A DNA stretch of 64,000 bases from Piromyces finnis finn (lineage: Eukaryota; Fungi; Neocallimastigomycota), in assembly GCA_002104945.1 (NCBI GenBank), contig MCFH01000053.1, forward strand, positions 248,001-312,000. Reading direction: 5' to 3'. The notes beneath the pieces were generated by a model. It saw only the letters and a program-made list of their open reading frames with translations, was not told the DNA's origin and did no database searches. How positions within the stretch are numbered: the first letter of the stretch is position 1; every line of letters starts with the position of its first letter. The position numbers and the translations under genes were made by a program. Positions 1 through 8,144 of the stretch are shown one piece after another.

Positions 1-356
1 ATAATTAAATTTTAGAATTTGTGTTTATAAATTGAAATAATTTAAATAGATTTATATACAATATATATATTTAATTTAAATGTATAAAAAATATAAATAA
101 TACATATAAAAAATGAAATTTTTAAAATATTAATAAACTTATTTTTATAATTGATATTATAATATTATAAATTTAAATATATAAATTACAATTTAATTGT
201 TTTTAAAAATACAAATTCATAACAAAATAAAACTACGAAAACATAAAAAATGAAATATAATCAATTTAAAATAATCAATACATATATCAATAAATTCAAA
301 AAAAAAAAAAAATAATAATAATAATAATGAAAATAATGATAACAAAAATAATTTAG

Positions 357-1802
357 ATGACCGATCACTCTAAGTACGCTTCTCCATTAACTGCCAGATA
401 CGCCTCTAAGGAAATGGCTTACAACTTCTCTGACGACAGAAAGTTCAGTATCTGGAGACAACTTTGGATTAACCTTGCTGTTGCTGAAAAGCAATTAGGT
501 ATTACTGATATTACTGATGAAGCTATTGAACAAATGAAGGCCAACATTCACAATATTGATTATGAAGTTGCTGCTGCTGAAGAAAAGCGTAGACGTCATG
601 ATGTTATGGCTCATGTTCACACTTTTGGTGTTGTTGCTCCAGCTGCTGCCGGTATTATTCACTTAGGTGCTACTTCTTGCTATGTTACTGATAACTCTGA
701 ATTAATCAACATGCGTGATGCTTTAGATATTGTCATTCCAAAGTTAGCTAGTTGTATTAAGAGTTTATCTGACTTTGCTGTTAAGTACAAGGATCTTCCA
801 ACCCTTGGTTTCACTCACTTCCAACCAGCTCAATTAACTACTGTTGGTAAGCGTGCTTGTTTATGGCTTCAAGAACTTATTTTCGATTTAAGAAACTTCT
901 CTCGTGCTAGAAATGATATTCGTTTCAGAGGTGTCAAGGGTACTACCGGTACTCAAGCCTCTTTCATGACTTTATTCAACAGAGACCATGACAAGATTGA
1001 ACAACTTGATGCTCTTGTTACTAAGTTATCTGGTTTTGAAAAGTCTTACGCTGTTACTGGTCAAACTTACTCCAGAAAGGTTGACTTAGATGTCCTTAGT
1101 GTCTTAGCCTCCTTCGGTGCTACTGCTCACAAGATTGCCACTGATATTCGTTTATTAGCTCACTTAAAGGAAATTGAAGAACCATTCGAAAAGGATCAAA
1201 TTGGTTCTTCTGCTATGGCTTACAAGAGAAACCCAATGCGTTGTGAACGTGTTTGCAGTTTATCTCGTCACCTTATGGCTCTTTTATCTGATGCTCACCA
1301 AACTGCTTCTGTTCAATGGTTAGAACGTACTCTTGATGATAGTGCTAACCGTCGTATTTCTATTCCAGAAGCTTTCCTTACTACTGATGTTGTCCTTACT
1401 CTCTTACAAAACATCTTCCAAGGTTTAGTTGTTTATCCAAAATCTATTGAACGCCGTATCAAGCAAGAACTTCCATTCATGGCTACTGAAAACTTCATTA
1501 TGGCCCGTGTTAAGGCTGGTGGTGACCGTCAAGTTTGTCACGAAGAAATTCGTGTTATGAGTCAAGAAGCCGCTAGAATGGTCAAGGCTGAAGGTAAGGA
1601 AAACGATTTAATTGAACGTATTAAGAAGAACGAATACTTCCAACCAATTATCGACCAATTAGATTCCTTATTAGACCCATCTACTTTCATTGGTCGTGCT
1701 CCACAACAAGTTGAAAACTTCATGAAGAACGAAGTTCAACCAATCTTAGAAGAATACGCTGAAGCTTTAAGCAACGCTCACCAAGAAGAAGTTAACGTTT
1801 AA
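357..1802 (+). CDS. ADE13: Adenylosuccinate lyase (eukaryotic ADSL/Ade13 type), intronless, 481 aa
   Basis: N-terminal [40 protein letters not shown], and the fumarase/ASL superfamily signature [11 protein letters not shown]. Strong codon bias typical of a highly expressed gene. Confidence 0.97.
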   Translation: MTDHSKYASPLTARYASKEMAYNFSDDRKFSIWRQLWINLAVAEKQLGITDITDEAIEQMKANIHNIDYEVAAAEEKRRRHDVMAHVHTFGVVAPAAAGIIHLGATSCYVTDNSELINMRDALDIVIPKLASCIKSLSDFAVKYKDLPTLGFTHFQPAQLTTVGKRACLWLQELIFDLRNFSRARNDIRFRGVKGTTGTQASFMTLFNRDHDKIEQLDALVTKLSGFEKSYAVTGQTYSRKVDLDVLSVLASFGATAHKIATDIRLLAHLKEIEEPFEKDQIGSSAMAYKRNPMRCERVCSLSRHLMALLSDAHQTASVQWLERTLDDSANRRISIPEAFLTTDVVLTLLQNIFQGLVVYPKSIERRIKQELPFMATENFIMARVKAGGDRQVCHEEIRVMSQEAARMVKAEGKENDLIERIKKNEYFQPIIDQLDSLLDPSTFIGRAPQQVENFMKNEVQPILEEYAEALSNAHQEEVNV

Positions 1803-2120
1803 GCAAAAAAGTAATTTATAATTTATTCCAAAAAAAAAGTAGTGTAACCAAAAAAAAGAAAAAAAGTTAAAAATTAATAATGAATAGATAATATTAATTT
1901 TAAGTTTTAGAAAAAAATCATGGATATAGAAATTTTTAATAAAAATTTTAGTAAGAGTTTTAATATACTATCCATTAATAATAACATATATGTAAATAAA
2001 ATAAAAAAAAAATAAAAAAAATTTAAATTATTAAAAAAAAATTTATAGAAATTTTAAAAATGGCAAAAGCTTTTTTTTTTTTGTAAATGAAAACATGGAT
2101 AATTTGAAATTTATGGATCA

Positions 2121-2185
2121 TGTGAAAATAAAATACATTCCAAAATAATATTTTATGTATTTTTTATGTATTTGTATTTTATAAA
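2121..2185 (+). repeat. Copia 5' LTR, left piece (first 65 bp)
   Basis: Same sequence as 13621-13685 (tgtgaaaataaaatacattcc...ttgtattttataaa). Confidence 0.97.
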
Positions 2186-2432
2186 CCCTCTTGGGAACGT
2201 GCCTTCATTTATTTAATAAATGTAGTTTCTCAAGGGGGTCTACTCATGCTCATGGTACTGAGAGAGTAGAAAGAATTAAATCCAAGTATTGCGCAATGGA
2301 TGCTTGGTGCCCTCTTAGGAATGTGCCTTCATTTATTTAATAAATGTAATTTCTCAAGGGGGTCTACTCATGCTCATGGTACTGAGAGAGTAGAAAGAAT
2401 TAAATCCAAGCATTGCGCAATGGATGCTTGGT
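2186..2432 (+). repeat. Two tandem 124-bp units forming multiple hairpins at the LINE 5' end
   Basis: Unit 1 starts at 2186 and unit 2 at 2310. Four internal substitutions between units. The sub-motif gctcatggtactgag occurs a third time at 2463-2477. Confidence 0.95.
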
Positions 2433-3075
2433 TAGTCTTCAAGGGAAAATTATTAGGACTAAGCTCATGGTACTGAGCGATTAAAAAACATTTTATTCAT
2501 CAAATTTAAGTATTTGATGAATAAGTGAATGTTTGATTTTTCAGGTAAGTTTGTATAGTATTTAATTAGAAGAGTAATACATTTTGTTGCTGTATTTTTT
2601 CTTTTATTCATGTATTCATGTAGTACTACTCTTCTCTTGTAAGAATCCAATGTAGTCAACTTTAGCATTTGCATTGTACTTTTATATTCATGTAGCTATT
2701 GTTGTATTGTTTCTTGTAAGAGACTGATTCACTCTACATCATGTAAAAATACTATTCACAAGCTTTCTGGTGTCGACATTCTTGATTCAAATTTTTTACC
2801 AATTTAAATATTTAATGAAAAGTAAAGTCAAACAAGTTTAGTGTCAAAAAGCGAATCGAATTTACTAACAACAAACCAAAACTAGAATTTTTAAAGAAAA
2901 TTTACAACTAGAATTCAAAAAAAGAAACTTTAAACAAAGCATCGTAACAATTTTTGTACTATCCAGTACTTTTAAGAAGAGAGAGAGAGACAGATTTTTT
3001 TCCATATACGTTATATTTGTAATTTTTATTAGTATTTATTTTATATTCAATATTTTTTAATTAGAATTTATTATC

Positions 3076-6000
3076 ATGTCAGTCCTTTATATTAAAGATA
3101 AGAATTATATCAGACGTGGTACCCGGTCTTATGGTATCCCCTTAGATGATATTCGCTCCTTCTTTATCCGTGGTATTCGATCATGGTCAGTAAATATGCT
3201 ATGGGAAAAACTCGAGGTTATTCTAGAAGATAAATTTAATTCAGTTATTAGTGTTAAATATTTTCAGACTTTCAATGATCACTTTTTCTTAGTCAAGGTT
3301 CATGGTTCATCAAAAGATTGTATTAAAATCTTACACATGTTAAAGAAGAAACTTTCAGTTACCTCAATTTCCTTTTCAGCTCGTAGTAGAAGGAATCACA
3401 AATACACTTTTTCCACTCTCAAACGTAAAATTTTAGTTTCTAATAAACATCAACATTCTATTCAACAATCATTTCAACAATCAGTTCAACAATCAGTTCA
3501 ACAATCTCATCAACAATCCGATCTTCAACAAGATCTTCAACAGGATCTTCAACAAGTTTCCCATCATGAAAATATTCCAGATCTACAGCAAACACAATTT
3601 CAATCTCAACATTCAACAATTAATTCTAATAGTTCTATCAACTCTGATAACAGTTCAATAGTTGATAGTTCTTCAGTTTCACAGCCATCTAGTAATAGTT
3701 CTACTTATTCCTCTGATGCATCATCCATTAATAACGATGACTTTAATAATAATAATAATAGCAACGATTCTTCCTCATCCAACAAGCCTGATAACTTTTC
3801 TTTTTGTCTTAGTTGGAACACCAATGGGTGGAATCATGAAAAGAGAGATAGTATTAGCTATTTCACAGCTATTTTCAAACCATTATTCTTATGTTTCCAA
3901 GAAACTGGTAATGGTTCTGGATCGAATACAGATTATCCTTGTCGTGTTACTTTGCGAAACTATAGACACTTTTTCAAGAAAGCTGACGAATCAGTTCCGG
4001 GAATGAGAGGTTTATATTTAGGTTTTCACAATTCGTGTCAAGCCTCACTTGAAAACTTCTCTGGAAAGTATATTATTTCTATTTATACTTTTAGTCTCTG
4101 GAATAGATTCAAATGCTCGATTGGAAATGTTTATATGCCTCATAGTCATCACAACATCTATGTTGATCATGCAAAGTTAGAAGTTCGCTTGTGGTTACAA
4201 ACTCATTCATCCCATCCATCGATTCTTGTTGGTGATTTTAATATGTCTAAAGTAAAATTATCCAACTGGTTATCAACTAATGGATTAGGAGATTGGGAAA
4301 TTCTTCCGCTTAGAGGGTCTACTATCTCTTGGACTCGAGGTGATCAATCTTCCGACATTGACCATGCTCTTATCAATTCGAAGATGAAAGATCTTATTCA
4401 CTCAGGATCATTTATAAATAATTTTTATCCTGTATCAGACCATAAGCCACTTCTTATTAATGGTAAAATTATTCCTATGGAAGATTTTTCTAATGACTTT
4501 AATGTTCCTAAGAAAATTCTGAAATGGAATAGATTAAAATGTATTGAGGAAAAGGAATCTATTCTCAGTCATAATAAATTCCAAATACTTTCAGCAAAAT
4601 TCAACGATCCTAATGTTTCTACAGATGAACTTTCCAAAGAGTTTACTTCAACTGCTTTTTCAATTGCAGACGAGCTCAGTATTACCTCAGCAAATAATGT
4701 TATAAAGTCTTCATTTCATATTTCACAACAAATTTTTAATCTTCAAAAAATCAAAATGAAGTTGTATAAGAGATTTAAAAAAGAAAGAATTTATGATATA
4801 GATGAATTTATTAAAAGAATTAAAATCTACCGTAAACTCATTGATTACATCCACAAAAGATGTAATGAATTTAGGAAGCAAGAATATCTTCATTGGATTA
4901 AAACAGGATGTGAGTATATGAAGAGTCATAATCCTAAGAAGGCCTGGAAATGGATCAAGAAAACTGCAAAAATTGGAAAAGATTCTTTCTTTATTGCTCA
5001 ACCAATTAAAAACAAAAATGGAGAATTAGTTGTTGCTACGGAAGAACAACTAGATGTGTGGCATGATCATTTCGAAAAGCTTGCATCAGATCCAAGTGGT
5101 GTAAGTCTTGATTTGGAGCATTGGTATGAAGAACCAACGAATAAACGTTTTTCACTCCCTATGCTTGATGAATGGGATATCAACCAAGATATTAGTATTG
5201 ATGAAGTCAAGTCAGCTATCCTCTCTACTCCGAATTATAAAGCATCAGGTCCGGATGGTATTCCAATTGAATTTTACAAAGCATTAATTCCATCAAGTAA
5301 TGATTCTAATAATGCTACAGATAATAATTCTTCCGGTAATACCACTTCAGATAATGATGCTTATGGTTTAAATTTTATTCTTAAATTATTCAACCGTATT
5401 TGGGATGGAGACTTCCCCAACTCATGGAATGAATCCAGTATTGTTTCTATTCCTAAGAAGGGAGATTTGACAGATTGTGATAACTATCGAGGTATATCAC
5501 TTATCAATAATGGTATTAAGTTGATTTCCAAAATTGTCACCACTAGAATCTCAGAATATGGTTTAAAGAATAATTTCATTAGACCTGAACAATTTGGTTT
5601 TCGAAAAAAGGAAGAAAGTATTAGTCTTTTCATTTCAATCCAAGAAATATGCCGTAGACGTCAATTAGATAATAAAGAGACATATTTGGCCTTTTTAGAT
5701 CTCAGGAAAGCATACGATTCAGTCCCAATCGGTAATATTCTCCATAAATTAGATTGTTTAGGAATCCGAGGTAAGAGTTTACAATTTATCAAAAATTTAT
5801 ATTTAACATCTAAGGCTAATGTCAAATTAGATGGACAATTCTCGAAATCTTTTGATGTGAAGAAAGGAGTCCGTCAAGGATGCCCTCTTTCTCCTATTCT
5901 CTTTAATCTCTTTATTAATGATATATTTAAAGAGTGTGAAGATCTCGGAGTCAGTTTAGGTGACACTCGATGCTGTGGTGGACTTTTTGCAGATGATATA

Positions 6001-7617
6001 GTTATTTGTGCTCCAACAAGAGGATGCTTAAAAAAGATGCTTAGAAGAGTTAATGAATGGGCCTTGTATAATGAAATGGAATTTGGTATCCAGAAGTGTT
6101 CAACGATGGTGATTCGTCCTGAATCAATAGAAAATCAGAACAAGAGAGATCCAACATTTTACTTAGCAGGACAACCCATTCCAACTACTGATTGTTATAC
6201 TTATCTTGGTGTTCCATTTGATAAGAATCTGTCCCTTAAACCAGTTATTAAAGCTCTTAATAACAAGGTTTTGAAAGGGCTTTTTTCAGTCAGTAAATTC
6301 TTAAGAAATCCTAATATTCCTATTCCCTTCAAAAAGCTAGTACTTAACTCACAAGTGATTAGCAGAGTTTCATACTTTGCACCATTACTTGGATCCAACA
6401 AAGCCAGGTCTAGTATTGCACAGAAGCATGTTAACAAAGGAATACGATGGGTTGCCGGAGTTCATAAAGCTGTATCGTTTATATCTTTATACTCTATTTC
6501 AAAAGATTTGAATATTCCTCCATTGTCAGCCAAATGTGCATTAGCTCAGGTTAGATGTTTTAACAAATGGAAAAACTCAAATTGTATTATCTCATACCTT
6601 GTCAATTACATTCCTAAATTTAGAAAATACACGTGGTGCAAATCCAGTAGGACACTTGATAAAAAACTAAAGAAACATGGAGATGTTAAAGCAGTTAAAA
6701 ACTTTTATTGGAAAGATCTCAAAGGGAATTCAATCAAAGCGCAATATTATGATGATAATAAGTTTATTGAAACTAAAGATTTTATTAAATTATGTTATGA
6801 GTACCCAGAGTTTGCCTATGGCTTCTACTGGCTATTGAAAGCAAGAAGCGGATACAAGTTGGATGCTAGAGTTGCCAAAGCTGCCAAATTTGTTGATCCA
6901 GTTTGTCCTAACTACTGTCCATGTTGCAAGTGTGGAGATCAAAGTATTAAACATTGGTTATTAGATTGTCCAACATTTAGAGATATCCGTATTAAACATT
7001 ATGATTCCATAGTCCAGCTATTAAATTTTTTCAGTCAACGTAATTCCAATAGTCCTATCAATAATAATGAAATTGATAATATCAGTAGAGATAGTAATAA
7101 CATTAATAGTAATAGTAACAATAGTAGTAATAGCAATAGTAATAATAACAATAGTAATAGTAACAATAGTAATAATAACAATAGTAGTAATAGAAATAAT
7201 AATATTAGTAATGATAGCAATAGTGAAGATAATAATTCTAATTTAGATAGTAATTTAGTTAATGATAGTAATAGTTCTAATAATCCGGTGAATATTAATG
7301 TGTATGATTATTCTAGTGTGTGCAGTAAAATATTTAAATTCCTTCTTGGGGGAAGAAGTTTTAACAATATCAATTACAATTCAAGGGAATGGAAAGAACT
7401 TTGTAAGCGTCAGATTCAATCTGGTACTAATGAAGGAACACCATTCTTGACGGTAACCGCGGAACTTCTAACCAAAATCATGCCTTTTGCTATTGGCCAG
7501 CAATGGTCAATGTTCAAAAGGTTTGAAGCAACATCCAAGAGCGTCAATGCTGAAGAAACAGTAAGACAGGCCAGGAGGGCCAGCGCAACCAATGGAGATC
7601 ATAATTTTGTCCCATGA
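3076..7617 (+). CDS. LINE polyprotein: RRM-like N-terminus, APE endonuclease, reverse transcriptase, C-terminal CCHC-type zinc finger (1513 aa)
   Basis: APE motifs SWNTNG, LCFQET, GNVYMP, ILVGDFN, SDIDH, SDHKP. RT motifs SGPDGIP, YRGISL, QFGFR, FLDLRKAYDSV, GVRQGCPLSPILF, LFADD, YLGV. Zinc finger CPCCKCGDQSIKHWLLDC. No RNase H seen. Confidence 0.96.
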   Translation: MSVLYIKDKNYIRRGTRSYGIPLDDIRSFFIRGIRSWSVNMLWEKLEVILEDKFNSVISVKYFQTFNDHFFLVKVHGSSKDCIKILHMLKKKLSVTSISFSARSRRNHKYTFSTLKRKILVSNKHQHSIQQSFQQSVQQSVQQSHQQSDLQQDLQQDLQQVSHHENIPDLQQTQFQSQHSTINSNSSINSDNSSIVDSSSVSQPSSNSSTYSSDASSINNDDFNNNNNSNDSSSSNKPDNFSFCLSWNTNGWNHEKRDSISYFTAIFKPLFLCFQETGNGSGSNTDYPCRVTLRNYRHFFKKADESVPGMRGLYLGFHNSCQASLENFSGKYIISIYTFSLWNRFKCSIGNVYMPHSHHNIYVDHAKLEVRLWLQTHSSHPSILVGDFNMSKVKLSNWLSTNGLGDWEILPLRGSTISWTRGDQSSDIDHALINSKMKDLIHSGSFINNFYPVSDHKPLLINGKIIPMEDFSNDFNVPKKILKWNRLKCIEEKESILSHNKFQILSAKFNDPNVSTDELSKEFTSTAFSIADELSITSANNVIKSSFHISQQIFNLQKIKMKLYKRFKKERIYDIDEFIKRIKIYRKLIDYIHKRCNEFRKQEYLHWIKTGCEYMKSHNPKKAWKWIKKTAKIGKDSFFIAQPIKNKNGELVVATEEQLDVWHDHFEKLASDPSGVSLDLEHWYEEPTNKRFSLPMLDEWDINQDISIDEVKSAILSTPNYKASGPDGIPIEFYKALIPSSNDSNNATDNNSSGNTTSDNDAYGLNFILKLFNRIWDGDFPNSWNESSIVSIPKKGDLTDCDNYRGISLINNGIKLISKIVTTRISEYGLKNNFIRPEQFGFRKKEESISLFISIQEICRRRQLDNKETYLAFLDLRKAYDSVPIGNILHKLDCLGIRGKSLQFIKNLYLTSKANVKLDGQFSKSFDVKKGVRQGCPLSPILFNLFINDIFKECEDLGVSLGDTRCCGGLFADDIVICAPTRGCLKKMLRRVNEWALYNEMEFGIQKCSTMVIRPESIENQNKRDPTFYLAGQPIPTTDCYTYLGVPFDKNLSLKPVIKALNNKVLKGLFSVSKFLRNPNIPIPFKKLVLNSQVISRVSYFAPLLGSNKARSSIAQKHVNKGIRWVAGVHKAVSFISLYSISKDLNIPPLSAKCALAQVRCFNKWKNSNCIISYLVNYIPKFRKYTWCKSSRTLDKKLKKHGDVKAVKNFYWKDLKGNSIKAQYYDDNKFIETKDFIKLCYEYPEFAYGFYWLLKARSGYKLDARVAKAAKFVDPVCPNYCPCCKCGDQSIKHWLLDCPTFRDIRIKHYDSIVQLLNFFSQRNSNSPINNNEIDNISRDSNNINSNSNNSSNSNSNNNNSNSNNSNNNNSSNRNNNISNDSNSEDNNSNLDSNLVNDSNSSNNPVNINVYDYSSVCSKIFKFLLGGRSFNNINYNSREWKELCKRQIQSGTNEGTPFLTVTAELLTKIMPFAIGQQWSMFKRFEATSKSVNAEETVRQARRASATNGDHNFVP

Positions 7618-7827
7618 TAAAATTTTGATCTTTGGCTCGGTGTCCCATTGGAAGTCAAATACAATTATTATACTTTAGTATGATAGTGGCTTTCTTACTT
7701 TAATTAAAATTACTAGAATACATTATACCCAATTTTTATTCATTTGTGTTTATTTAAACATATTTTTTTTATTTTTATTTTATTTTAATTTTTATATTTC
7801 ATGTATTATAATTTTAATTAAATTAAT

Positions 7828-7852
7828 AATAAAGTTTAAAATATTTGATGCC

Positions 7853-7912
<60 letters not shown>
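7828..7912 (+). terminator. LINE polyadenylation signal and retro-copied poly(A) tail
   Basis: AATAAA at 7828-7833 lies about 22 nt before a 57-nt uninterrupted A run that abuts the right TSD copy. Confidence 0.9.
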
Positions 7913-7915
<3 letters not shown>

Positions 7916-8096
7916 TATTTTATAAAATTATAAATTAATATTGTACTACATTTTTATTCTTTGGTTATTTTTTAATAAAAAGATTTTAAGAAAGTTACAA
8001 TATTTATATTATAAAATAAATATAAATAAATAAAAGATTATAAAAACCCAAATAGTTTTATAAATAAATTTAAGTGTAAACTAAATTTATCTGACA
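7913..8096 (+). repeat. Copia 5' LTR, right piece (includes the duplicated 14-bp LINE target)
   Basis: Matches 13672-13855 and ends in tctgaca. Confidence 0.97.
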
Positions 8097-8110
8097 GATT
8101 AAGAGTCTCA
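8097..8110 (+). promoter_or_regulatory. Primer-binding site complementary to the anticodon arm of tRNA-Lys(CUU)
   Basis: GATTAAGAGTCTCA directly follows the LTR. Its reverse complement TGAGACTCTTAATC matches positions 27-40 of eukaryotic tRNA-Lys(CTT) as I recall it from the vertebrate gene. The host tRNA gene is not in this window. Confidence 0.8.
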
Positions 8111-8144
8111 ATTGCTCTTATATTTAAGTAAGTTTTTTTTTAAT

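Larger units (their letters stand above)
2186..7912 (+). mobile_element. Apparently full-length APE-type non-LTR retrotransposon (LINE), single ORF, poly(A)-tailed
   Basis: 14-bp TSD TTGTATTTTATAAA at 2172-2185 and 7913-7926. 890-nt 5' UTR, intact 1513-aa ORF, AATAAA at 7828-7833, pure A tract at 7856-7912. Confidence 0.96.

Noticed and set aside
2186-2480. Assignment of the LINE 5' module to a known ribozyme class
   Set aside because: No CUGANGA/GAAA core on either strand (ctgagaga and ctgagcga are off by one and lack stem II). The GUC/AGAA register does not fit a hairpin ribozyme. Spacing is wrong for pistol. The gctcat match to twister-sister lacks the UGCAAG loop. There is no HDV P3/L3/J4-2.
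2186-2480. CRISPR-like array (repeated gctcatggtactgag)
   Set aside because: Only three copies, the intervening sequence is itself duplicated rather than unique spacers, there are no cas genes, and the context is eukaryotic.
2465-2674. Minus-strand 69-aa ORF in the LINE 5' UTR (ORF0-like)
   Set aside because: Short, no recognisable motif, and expected by chance.
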